In this document: in pieces, positions 1 through 12,503 of the stretch
Layout: each line of letters begins with the position of its first letter
How positions within the stretch are numbered: the stretch's first letter is position 1
Source: Cycas panzhihuaensis
Lineage: Eukaryota; Plantae; Cycadophyta
DNA length: 64,000 nt
Assembly: GCA_023213395.1 (NCBI GenBank)
Contig: CM041465.1
Location: forward strand, 199,337,741-199,401,740
Reading direction: 5' to 3'
Made by a program: the position numbers and the translations under genes
Notes under the pieces: model-generated
Database searches by the model: none
Seen by the model: only the letters and a program-made list of their open reading frames with translations
What the model was told of the DNA's origin: nothing

Positions 1-1589
1 CAATTGTAGGTGCTCCAAACTACGCTTAAATTACAGAAGGCTTGGGCTATATACTAAATATCATACTCATTGCTCTGTACGGTAATATTTCCTCCTGAAT
101 TTCCACCGAATCTAGCGAGGTAGGTGTGATGCCAAGAGGATTTTTTTATGGAAAAAAAATCTCCTCTTTATTTAAGGTTTTCTTTGGAGTGAAACAAAGT
201 AATGAAAAATATCCCCAAAATAAAAATAAAGAAATATCATTTCTAATTAGTCCATAGTTTTTGTTACTTTTCTTTAGGTATGTTGTTGACAAGTTTCATG
301 TGATGCCAAACTCTATCTTTTATGTAAGGCGTTCTTATGAATGTGAAGCATTTAAAGATTTAATGTAAACTATTTAAAAATTGCAAATAAATAATGATTA
401 ATGTATGATTTAAATCTATTATAATGGTTATTATAAGCTTGTAATAATTTGTGTAATTTAAAAAAAAAAAAAATCATATGCACCACTATTGCATAATACT
501 AATTTAGTAATGTGATTGTGATGCCACTTTTTTTCAAATGGATCTCTTCAAAAGAACAACAATATATAAGTACTGTAAATAGTAAAGTCATTACTATAAT
601 AATAATGCATGATACAAAAGTTTGGATATTTAATAATAACTACCCAAATAGGTATATTAATTGTCAAAATCCTATTAACATCAAAATTAAGAGATGGCAT
701 AATTTTCAACACTCAATCATCTTAAGTTATTTGCAAGTATAATAATGCATGGTAATAGATCTTTCAATCGATAATTAAATCACAACTATCAATTTCAATT
801 TGGTAAAATTGTTGTGACACAAAACAAAAGAATGTCACATTAAACACTTTATATTTTAAAAGAACTTCTAAAAGTATTATGATATTTTATATTTTGAAGG
901 ATCTCTAGATTCTAGGCAAGGCTTGTAATGTAATCTTTAATTAATAGATAGTTATAATTTTAAAAATGAAGTCATAACACATTCATCACTCTCATAAAAT
1001 TCTCATATAATAAAATCTCATAATTCAATATTGTAACATGTTATATGTATCACACTATAAATAAAAGACTTAATTTTTTAAATATTCCCATAAATACAAT
1101 CATTTCAGTTGGGTTGGTTGTTGATACCATTTTCATCTCAAAAGACAACCCAAATAATTTCTTTCACTTTTGTTTATTCCTTTAAATCTAGGTCCAAAGG
1201 AAGCCTCCAAAAGAAGTATATTTAATTCATTTAGGCCAATATAAATTTAATAAAAAATTTCTAAATAAAATAGTTTAAAATAGAGTGTACACATATTTAA
1301 ATTTATATAAACACGCACACATACAAATACATAAACGCGTGCGCGCACACACAAACATAAAAGAAAATTGTATGCATTTCCATACACTTTGAAGCCTATC
1401 AATATTGAAGACCATTTAATTAATGCCCTTAATAATAAATTTCCACATTATCTCCCACTTTAAAACATTTTAATTTAATCAAATATTCTCATAAACCCAC
1501 TTGAACTATATGGTAAGACTTAAACCCCCTTATAGATTATTAAATACCCTTAAAAATAGTTTAATACACATAATTTCATTATCATTAAA

Positions 1590-3160
1590 TAATTTCAATA
1601 TCATATAACCAACCTTAGAGAATTGATGTTATAATAAACTAAAATATTAATACATGTTTAATTAGAGAAGTTGGCTCCATAAGAGATGCTTATATATGTG
1701 CAAAGCCATCAAGAGAACACCAACATTATTATTTTGTTTTCATTATGGATTAATTTCCACTAGCACTTTCATGCCTAGCCTTCATGTCAATATTCTACTA
1801 TCACATGTGACTATGTTAATTATTTCTATGGTTATTAATTTACGATATCTAAATTGTTGAATCCTATATTAAGTATTTGATATTAACTAATTGGGCCCAT
1901 TACATGTGTCATCAAACACAATCCCAATGTTACTATCGTTATGCTTTCCTTTACACCATGGCTTAAAGATCTTATTTCTTCAAATTTAAACCTTACATCT
2001 CAAATAAGTCAATCCATTTTTCACTTACAAAATTGTTTGGTTAGTATTCTAAGTATTTATACCTCCATCAAGGATTTTGTGAGGACTATAAAATGGAACT
2101 AGCTTCAAATGTATATCCTTTTACTTAATTGGATGGTTATTGGTGATTTCAACATTATGGAATTCTCATTTAATAATATAGGAGGCTTACTATTTATTAG
2201 ACTAAGCTTAACTTCTAGGCATGGATGATATTCAAAATGCACTTCAATTATTCTTAACCATATCTCTCTACATCCAACATGATCCAATTGACCTAAGTCT
2301 AGTAAGTATGAAGATAATACTAGAATATGGTCTTAACTAGACATATGTTATAACTCTAGTAATGGTTGTCTTATAGCTAATCCTTAAGGCATTATAATCC
2401 ATTCCTAAGTCTTTATGTTAGGTCATCTCCACATTTCCTTTACTGTGGGAATTAATTGGATTCCTCTTTAAAAATCCCTTTTCAAGTTTAATACATTTGC
2501 TTTATTATTCTCTTATCAACATGAAGACTTTTAATAAGTTCGGAAGCTTATCACTAGATCTAATAGTCAAGCTCAATGGATATTATAATGGGAGAAATCC
2601 ACTTGTAAAGCCATCTCTTGGCTAAGAGGATTTGATAGATAGATGGTTGATATTCATTAGAGAAGAGAGCTTAATCTTAAGAAATCTATCCACAACATAC
2701 TTATACAAGTGGCACATCTTCCCTTTGACATTGCCTTGCATGTATAAGAGTTGTTAATTCAAAGAACACTCCTTAAATATGAATATACTAGATCTTAAGA
2801 AGCTCAAATTTATGTGCACCTATATTCGCTTAGGGGGAGAAGCTTCCTAGAAAATTATCTTCTCTTCTCTAAAGGAAAGGCAACAAGCCTCATCAATCCA
2901 AGATTTTCAAGTTAAGGATGGCTCTTTTATGGATGATATCTTGTATCTACATAATATGTTTATTAAACATTTTACTCGCATACTATCTTCTTAGCCTAAG
3001 ACCTTTAAGAGAATTGGCACTTTAGTGGAATGCATGAATGGCATTCCATATAAAGTTACCTTATAGGACCATGCTTGGTTTAATAGGCATCTAACTAAGG
3101 GTAAGCTCAAAGAGTTCTTATCTCTCATATTAAAAGAAAAATCCTTAGGGGAGGTAGAAT
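1590..3160 (+). pseudogene. Old L1-type LINE ORF2, piece 1 (endonuclease to start of RT), heavily degenerate
   Basis: Manual translation gives TNLREL (~NVRGL) near 1607, WMVIGDFN at ~2131, S*LDICY (~SRLDRFY) at ~2331, FKFN at ~2481 and KSLGE (~KSPG.DG) at ~3139. Many stops and frameshifts; start approximate. Confidence 0.75.
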
Positions 3161-3282
3161 TTTCCTTCAATCCAATGTCTAACGTCCCCTTCAGTCCAAC
3201 GTCCTTCCTCCCCTTCAGACTGGGGAGAAAAATCCTTTGGTGTTCTTCCTCATAGCCTAGGATGCTAAGAGCTAAGTCTTAC

Positions 3283-6200
3283 AGGGGACGTTGGATTGAA
3301 GGAAGAGGACAAGGAAGAATGACTAACAATCCACCTTGAGATGCTAAAGTATGTTTTAATTGTAGAAAACCATGTTACTTTTCAAGTAACTATAGAGTGT
3401 TTGATGTTTATTACCATTGCGGACAAACAGACTATTTCCCATATTAGTGTTATCAAAGATGAGCCAAAATTCAAAAGGGAAAATATCAGGTGACTAGAAA
3501 TTATAATAGAGAAAAGGACACAACAAAAGAAGAAGTTGAAATGGATTTTATTGCAGCTTTAGCAGCAAATGCAAGTGCAATAGAAAATTGGCATGTAGAT
3601 TTGGGAGCTTCACATCACATGATAGGGATTAAAGAATGGTTTGAAGTTATCAAACCTTATGATCTCAATAAATCAGTAGAGCTAGGAGATAATTTTCCCT
3701 TATATATAAAGGGAACAGGACAAATTGCTATATGAATTAATGGAAAAATTCAACGTATAAGCAATGTCTTTTTTGTACATAGGATGAAAAAGAATCTTTT
3801 ATCAGTGTCTTAGTTGAGTGAGAAAAAGTTAAGAACAATATTTGATGAATATGGTTATTATTACATTCTTGATATGAAAAAGAATGGCACTGTGATAGCC
3901 AAAAAAGAAAAACACAATAGGTTGTATAAACTTCTCTCCACGCTTGTACTGCCTAATAAAGGCCCCACAAAAATGATCTCTGATGTAAAATCTCTTGTTG
4001 TAAGCAGCACTGATACTAATGAAATATGGCATTTGAAGTATGGTCATATTTCTGATGATAGGTTAGAAAAATTAAAGAAACACAAGATGGTGAATGGTTT
4101 ACTAGATATTTCTTTTAATTACTTTGTATGTAAGGGCTACATGATGGGAAAACAACACATGATTCCATTCTCAAAAAACACATGGCATGCATAAAATAAG
4201 CTAAAATTGATACACACTGATCTATGTAGCCATTTTACGCCAATTTTAACAAATGGAGTAAGGTACTTCTTAACTATCATTCATGATTTCTCTAGAAAAA
4301 CATGGGTGTATTTTCTTTCTAGTAAATCGAAAGCACTTAACTACTTCAAAGAATTCAAGGTTGAAACTGAGTTGGAAAGCAGTCAAAAGTCAAATGTATT
4401 CGTTCAGATAGAGGAGGAGAATTTGCATCTAATGATTTCCCCCATTTTTGTAAAATACATAGAATTCACAGATAATTTACAATCCCTTATACACCTCAAT
4501 CAAATGGGGTTGCAGAAAGGATGAATAGAACAATTATGGAAATGGATCGATGCATGTTAAACAATAGTGAACTAGCTAAGAAATATTGGGTAGAAGATAT
4601 ACACACAGATGTATATTTAATTAATAGAAGTCTAACTCAGTCATTGGATAACATAACACCTAAAGAAGCTTGGACAGGACATAAGACCAATGTAAGTCAT
4701 TTAAAAATCTTTGGTTGCAAGGCCTATGTTTACATCCCTGATAAGAAAAGGACCAAGCTGGATAGTAAAAGCATAGAATGCATAATGGTTGGGTATAGTA
4801 GTCGCTCAAAAGCATACAGATGTCTTGATCCAAAAACATATAGACTTTATGTAAGTAGGGATGTAATCTTTGATGAAAAGAAAGAATGTATTAACATAAT
4901 ACCTTAAGAAGTTAATGTTGACAACCAAAATTTACATTCTACTCAGTTGGAAGATAAATCAAATATTACTTCTAAAAGTATTGAGGTAGAAATTGACATT
5001 TCAGAGGACACATCTCCAGACAAACAACGAACTAGTGATACCAGTATTCAGTCAGATACACAACAAGGTAGTGGTTATAATACTCATTCTGAAGATGAAG
5101 AAGTCAAATCATTACAAGAATATTCCTTAAAAAGAGTACCAAAATGGTATCTCAAGACACTTGAGGAAACAAAAGGAGAAATTTTTTAACATCGAACTAG
5201 ATCTCAAAAACCACAAGCTCTTATTTGCTCCATCGAACCAAGTTCTTATAAAGAAGTAAGTAGTTCTCAAAACTGGAAAGCAGCAATGGAGACAGAGATT
5301 GAAGCCATACATAGAAATAAAACATGGGATCTAGTCTCAGCTCCTGAAGATAAATCCATTATAAATTGTAAATGGATATATAAAATAAAGGAAAAACCAA
5401 ACAAACAAGTTGATAAATACAAGGCAAGACTGGTAGCAAAAGGCTACACATATACAGCTAAAATCGACTATGAAGAAACATTCTCACCAGTAGCAAAGCT
5501 AAATACAGTAAGAATGGTGATTGCTCTTACTACCTAAAAAGGTTGGAAGATTTATCAAATGGACATTAAAAGTGCATTCTTAAATATAGATCTACAAGAA
5601 GAAGTGTATATATATCAGCTAGAAGGATACATAAAACTAGGTTAGGAAAATATGGTTTGTAAATTAAGAAAGGCAGTGTATGGACTCAAGCAAGTACCAA
5701 GAGCTTGGTACGCTAAGTTGGACTCATATCTAACTCAAAATAGCTTCCATCGATGCGAATTAAATTATAGCATATATGTAAAATGCAATCAAGGTTTAAT
5801 CTCTATCATAGTGGTATATGTAGATGACATGTTGATTACTTGAAATGATAAAAATTTAATAACATTTATTAAAAGTAGGTTTTAAAAAGTTTTTGAAATG
5901 ACAAATCTATGAATGCTTCACTACTACCTTAGAATAGAAATAGAATAAAACGATCATTTTACTACTCTTTCACAAACCAAATATGTCAAAAACTTACTAA
6001 GAAAGTTTAAAATGGAAAGTTGTAATAGTGTCATCACACCAATGGAAACCGGGTTAGTGCTAAGTGTAGAATAAGAAGCACATCCTATTGATGCAATACT
6101 ATATAGACAATTAGTTGGAAGCCTAATTTATCTCACAGCCAGACATCCTAACATTTCATATGCTGTTGGTGTAATCTCCAAGTTCATGGAAAGTCCCAAA

Positions 6201-6767
6201 ATTCCTCACTAGAATACTACAAAGAGAATTTCACGATATCTAAAAGGAACCATGAATCTTGGTTTAAGGTATGTCAAGGAAAATAATATATAGTTAATCG
6301 GCTTCTATGACTCTAACTGGGCTAGAGATAAAATATATAGAAAATTGACATCAGGATACCATTTCTTCCTAGGAAAATCTTTGATCTCTTGGAGTAGTAA
6401 AAAGTAATACATTATTGCATTATCTTCAACAGAAGTAGAATATAAGTAAGTAATTAATGCAGCATGCGAAGTAGTATAGATCAGACAACTCTTGAAAGAT
6501 CTAGGAGAAGAGAAAACAATGCCCACTCAAATATTTTGTGATAATCAAATTACAATAAAAATAACAAAAAATCTAGTACTACATGCTAGAACAAAACATA
6601 TAGAGGTATATCATCATTTCATCAAAGAAAAAGTATAGAATAGAGAAATTGAGCTTCAACATTACCCTTCAGGAAATCAAATTGTTGATGTTCTTACCAA
6701 ATCTCTTAGTAGGGAAAAATTCATTGTCTTCAAAAATCTATTGGGATTAAGATAGATAAAACATTAA
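3283..6767 (+). pseudogene. Ty1/Copia gag(end)-pol pseudogene (Copia-A)
   Basis: Zinc knuckle CFNCRKP, protease WHVDLGASHHM, GAG-pre-integrase IWHLKYGH, integrase IHTDLC and RTKLDSKSIECI, RT YKARLVAKG and VYVDDML, RNase H YDSNWARD and RTKHIEVYHHFIKE. Copia domain order; many stops. Confidence 0.95.
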
Positions 6768-6774
6768 GAGGGTG

Positions 6775-6986
6775 TGTAAAAGGTAATGTTTTATCTAGGG
6801 CTATAGTGCATTACTGAAATATTTTATAAGGGTCTTATATCTGTCCCCCTTTCTCTCTCAAAGTGATAAGTGGCACCATCCTATTGAGTGGTTACCATTT
6901 GTACCTTCTTTATAACTATATATATATATACAAAGAATCATCAATAAAGATTAGAGAGAATTCCTCCATCATTTTGAATCTTTACA
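6775..6986 (+). repeat. 3' LTR of Copia-A (~212 bp)
   Basis: tgtaaa...tttaca inverted termini directly after a purine tract; contains a (TA)n run and aataaa. Confidence 0.85.
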
Positions 6987-7276
6987 TAAACTATAGAATT
7001 TCATAAAGTCTTTTAGGATGCCATTGGCTATTATTTCTTTTTAATATAAATAGAAGTAATGGCATTGTATAGTCCAAGAGATTATACTAATATTGGTGTC
7101 ATCAAACTCATTCCAAAGTAAGGTGGGGACCCCGTCATAATACTTAATATTTCTTATAAGATCCTTACTAAGTTCTTAGCTTTTCATGTGGAATTTTCCT
7201 TTGACAAGATTGTTTACCTAAAATAAAATGGTTTTATTTAAGATTGCTACATCCATGATAGCATTCTTTTTATTTG
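6987..7276 (+). pseudogene. Old LINE ORF2, piece 2 (RT N-terminal motifs)
   Basis: IEFHKVF*DAIG, IGVIKLIPK, LNISYKILTKFLA, NGFI and IHDSI. Confidence 0.85.
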
Positions 7277-8857
7277 TGTCACAACCCACTTCATGAGTAA
7301 GTTTGAGTGATAATAAATCTTACAACCCAAATTCTTAAATATATGAATGTAAAGGTTGTTTCCCATATTTTTATCAAACTATTTTGTACTTTAAATCATT
7401 TCTTTATTTGAAAAAAATAAATGTAATATTAACATATAACTACTTAAGACTATATGAGTTAATTAAACATTTATGTAGTGAAAATATATAAATTTGGTGA
7501 ATGGCTTTCCTTACTAGTAGTCTTAAAAGTACCAAGTTCTAATTTGGACTATACATTACTATCACATGTAGACTTTGTTTATAATGCCATAAATATGAGT
7601 GCATAATTCATATCTCTTCTTTATATTATCTAAAAGTTTTAGTAAATAAATATACATGAAAAACATCTATAATATATTTCTTTACAACAAAATAAGGTTG
7701 ACGTATTATCTATTTTCTTATAAAAATAGACTTAATCACTTAGGGAAATTCACCCTTATGCTTTTAAAACTTCTCATAAGAATTAACCCCAACCTAAGGC
7801 ACATGATATAAACACTAGAAAATTTTACTTAAGAAACCGGGGCATTCATCCCTTAAAAGTATTCGATCAAAACAGAGGCATAACACCATGCATAAGTCTT
7901 TGATCAGTGCCTCACACCATGTATGGTCTCATATTATATACCAAATATCTACCTAGTGGATTCACATCACATATGACATCATACTATGTGGAATATCTAG
8001 TATAAAATTAGACCATTAGCATCACACTACACTTGATTTTCTAGATACTAGACTTGTGGATTAATACCACCATTGAACTCTAAACAAACTACTAATCATA
8101 GACTCAAAATAAATGCTTTCTTAAGACTCCTCCTCTAAAACTACTCCTTGTTGGATAGAATACGACTGCCTAATTGCATAGAAAGATAAATCACATATTC
8201 AACATTTTCTTTCATTGAAAAATACACGCAATTTAAAAGTCACGTATTTCTCAAGTTCTCTCAAGATAATTTTAGTAAATGAAATCATGTACCTAAAATG
8301 GCTATGCTTCATCTTAGTTTAGGCAAATAGCCAACAAGTTTGTCTTAAGGTCAAAGTGGTTAGAGTGATTAAGAAATATTCAAGCAACTTCCTCATTTAG
8401 ACATATTCTAGAAGGAATCTTTCTCCTACATGGGTATGGACTATTCTCCCACTACTCCATATAAAGTAATAACCAAATAGTTTATTAAATCCAATGAATC
8501 TCTCATAAGATAATGGTTTCTAGAATTCCCCACTTAAGAATTATACCTTTGTTCAAATCATATGCCTCACTCTTAATTCTTTTATCTCCCTTGAGTAATC
8601 TAACCTACCTTTATTATGGTGGATACTTAATTTACATCATTTTACATAAGTTCAAGCACTTCGCCCCTAATTTAATCATATATACACATCACATACACAT
8701 AGGCTTGAATCATAAAACCTCATAATTATAAGTATGAAATGTCTCAAGGTGTATTCCATACTTAATGGAGCATTAAAAGCTTCCATTTTAAAATAAGGGA
8801 TGTATTATAACATTAAAATTTAAAACAATCAAACATAAAGATATATATATATATATA
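7277..8857. mobile_element. ~1.6 kb non-coding insertion in the LINE, probably an LTR-derived (Tekay/Del-like) fragment
   Basis: Starts tgtcacaaccc, a typical Gypsy LTR terminus. LINE coding stops at 7276 and resumes at ~8858 after a (TA)n run. No coding content; right terminus unclear. Confidence 0.5.
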
Positions 8858-9760
8858 GTGAGTATACATGACTTATTGCTCTTTAGAAATCCATCTAATA
8901 TTCATGGGAATCTATACTATAGTTTCTTTTTATCAAAATTAACTTTGAAATGGCATAAAATTGAGTAAGAATTTATTTCTTTAATCCTTCCTAAATTAGA
9001 TTTTGGTCTTATTTTATTAGTATGGCCAAAACTTTGTTAGCTAATATGTGTTCTTACATAGACATTAATAAGAAAGTCTAATTTTATATTCCATTAAGCA
9101 AGTTAATTAGACAAGGGTGCTTTTAGATGCTCTTGTATATGCTTTAGCTATAAGTGATTTGGGTTACTCATTTCATAGAATGTAAGAAGTATACAACTTC
9201 AAGGGGATTTCTTTACCCTAATCTAATAAGAAATTTTTATATGGTTAATTTAATGATGATACTCTTCCTACTCCCATTCTAAATAAAAGCAGTGTTGCAT
9301 GCTTAATAAATAATCTTAAATACTTTTCTTATCCTTTGGTTTCTCCATATCCTCCCTTAAGATAGTTTGTTATTTCTCAAGCCTTAGCCTAACACCATCC
9401 TAGGTTAATAACCTTGGCTAGTAGATGTTTTGTAATGAATAAATAATTAGGCTTCTCAGAAGTCTCTTTTGATTTGATGTCACTTTTGTGCAAATGTAGA
9501 ATTATCTTATGAAGAAACATCATAAAAAGAATAAGTTAGTAGTCTATGGAAAATTTGTCAGTGGTGACCAATATGTTGATTATGTAAAATATTTTCTTGG
9601 CCCTACATATATACTACTACTTCTTATAGGTTCTTATTAATATAAATTTTTACTCATTCTTTTCCTTAATGTGACAGTTTTTATAGTCTAAATTAATGAA
9701 TAAGATTTGTATTCTTAAAGTTACCTAAGATATGTTTTGTGATTCCATTAATAATGGCAA
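8858..9760 (+). pseudogene. Old LINE ORF2, piece 3 (RT core)
   Basis: FIKINFEMA (~KLDFEKA), IRQGCLLDALVYALA (~RQGCPLAP) and FNDDT (~FADDT). Confidence 0.85.
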
Positions 9761-12503
9761 TGTTGTTTCTTACATTGTTACTTGAAAATGTTCCTTATTC
9801 TCAATCCAAGGCACCTTATGAATTACTAATCAACATGTTTGAAGGGCTTAACATAAGGGCAATGCAAAACTCTTGGGTAGATTAAACCAATATGAAGGAA
9901 TAATGGACCCCATATAATCCAATTACTAGTGATAACTTTGAACCCCTACTCTCCTTGTATGTTGCATGAATCCAATAACATTATGGGTCAATGTCATGAG
10001 CAACCTCAACATAACCAATAGGCAAATATCTTTGGTAAAGTGACATCTTATACATAATGAAGAAGAGGAAATGAATATGTTAGCACCATGATGGACTTAC
10101 TTGTAGTCACAACTTGCTAACTTCTTTCCTAATTTTTTTATGATGCTAATACATAAGAATGAGAAATAAAAGGAAGAGAAATAATAAGTGTTGATATTAT
10201 GACAAACATATTCATAGTTGTAATGTGCTAACCTCTTCTCTTGTAAAATCTTTCACTAAGTTCAATATATAGAATACAAGAAAGGAGTTATATGTTATCA
10301 ATAACTTGAAACTAAGTAACATGATGTAATCAACATAACCTAGCATACATTAGCATAATTCTTAACAATGGATTTTAAGGAGATTGTGAAAAGAAATTCT
10401 CAATACACAGTGGACCCAAATGTAAAATAAATCTTTGATATTAAAGGAAATAACTCTTCCATCCTTAAACCATCAAACAAGCTTCATAATAGAGTGAGAG
10501 GAGAATGAAAATATTTTATTGATTCTTATGGAAAACTATATTATAATGATATAAATCTGAACCCCTTTTGTAATTTAATTACAAAGAAATACTCAACTAC
10601 AAATTGCTACCTAGTATAACTCCCTAATATAAACTACTAAGACAAATCTTACAAAGTCTCCAATAGCTAAGACTTGCTTACTATAGAAACTTGAAATTTT
10701 TTAAATCTGTTAGGTACAATGTCTTCTTCACCATTACAAACAACCAATAGAAGAATAAGAATAGAAAGTATAATCAAGAAAAGAGAAAAGTAGAAGAAGA
10801 ATGGTTTGGATGCATGTTCATATCAAAAAAATATAGTAGCTAGGAAATGTATCAACCTAAACTTAAGAAGGGGGACGAAGAAGAAGTTATCCTTCTTGCT
10901 TAAGACTTTTATACTATTTCTCTACATAATCCATCATCATTAATTTGTTAGAAACTTTCATACCAAGGTAACTACCATGTCAAAAAATTACTTGCCCATT
11001 ATTCAAATTCTTCTCACCTTTCTAAATACCAGGAAATTTGCTAGAATACAAGTGTCATCCTAGTCATCATTCAACAATTAAGTGTCTAATTATTGATGTT
11101 ATTATATTTACTCATTAGATATAAGTTGATAATTTATCAATCAATCAGAGCATAATTAATGAAAATGAACTCAATTAACCTTTGTCTTTGCCTTTCTCAT
11201 GACCACCACTTCTATTTGGCATTGATTTTGTTACATGTGCTTATCACACATTCAACTCCATACAACTAAGTTTTAAAATATTCAGTTAATGATTCTGGGG
11301 AGATTAGCAACTTCATGTTAAGTATGAATTAATTTGAGTTAATCATATCAAGTACCAACTCAATTTAAGCTAATATAATTTTCCATAATTGACTATTGGC
11401 TCTTTCATCTACTTTAAACTTATTAGCTTCTATACCTATTAGGATCATCATGGAATTACCTACATGTTACATATTACCTTTTTCCACCAACACCTGCTAT
11501 ACAAATTAACTTTTTTTGCCTTGTAACTCTTTATAGATCTATGTACTAACCTTTACTTTCACCTTGCATATTCTCCATAATTATCCCTTAACTCCATTTT
11601 ATATCCAAATGCACCCATGGCGTTGAGTGTGGTAATTAAGGCATATATCATGGCCACTTTGCAATTTACCAACTTTGCCATTATATGTTTATTTCTCATA
11701 AGTTATATATGACCTCATATTCATTCCTATGTTAGTCTTATCAGTAATCATAAGGCTATTGGACCACTAATGGAATTGATGTTCAAGATTTCATGTGCTC
11801 ATCTAATCAACAACTTAGATCTAATCGTATTCTTATCCATCCTTTGTTCCTTAAGGGAAATCTTATTTCTTAGGGCTTCCCTTTTAAAGGTATGTTTAAT
11901 TTATGAGTGTTTCACTTTGAAAATCTTTGATTAGGTGGGTTTTTAATCCTTTATTAAGTCTTTTGATTATGACAATATAAGCCTATATGCTTATCACCCA
12001 TAAAGTCCTTATTATGATATTCATCTCTTAAAAGGGAAGCCATCTATGTAGGAGGATTGATGTGAGAGTCCTTTTACCTTATATTATTATTTCAACACTT
12101 TTTCCACAAATCCATTTCCTCATAAACTTCTCTTCCTGTAGGATGGTCCCCCATAAGATGCATCTATCGCTCGAACACTAGTTCATGTTCCAATCTTTTG
12201 TGAGTGGGGGAAGTACCCCTTTCTTGTAAGTTATCCTCCCTATAAGTATTCAATCAAATAAAACTTCCTTCCTTAGATCAACACTTTAGAATAAAGTCAT
12301 ACACATGTGGGACCCACCTTCCATAGGGAAGGGATATTGCAAGAACTTAACATAAAGGTTTTCTCTCATTTAGACTTTCCTTATCCTATAAATAAGGCAT
12401 CTTACAAACTTTCACTTACTATATGCTACTACCTTAAACATTGAAAATCAATGGCCCAACATTGTCATTTGTTATTCGTCTCTAGAATCTCTAGTGTTAT
12501 ACC
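9761..12503 (-). repeat. 3' LTR of element A
   Basis: Colinear with 14998-17828. Begins tgttgtttc; the last ~14 bp appear deleted into the PPT. Confidence 0.9.

Larger units (their letters stand above)
3161..6986 (+). mobile_element. 5'-truncated Ty1/Copia LTR retrotransposon inserted in the old LINE
   Basis: pol remnants plus PPT (attaagagggtg, 6763-6774) plus 3' LTR. No 5' LTR or PBS. LINE RT motifs stop at ~3160 and resume at ~6990. Confidence 0.85.

Noticed and set aside
512-742. Short ORFs in AT-rich DNA (also 8513-8725, 42285-42491, 43974-44165)
   Set aside because: Low-complexity composition, no recognisable motifs, and several have non-ATG starts.
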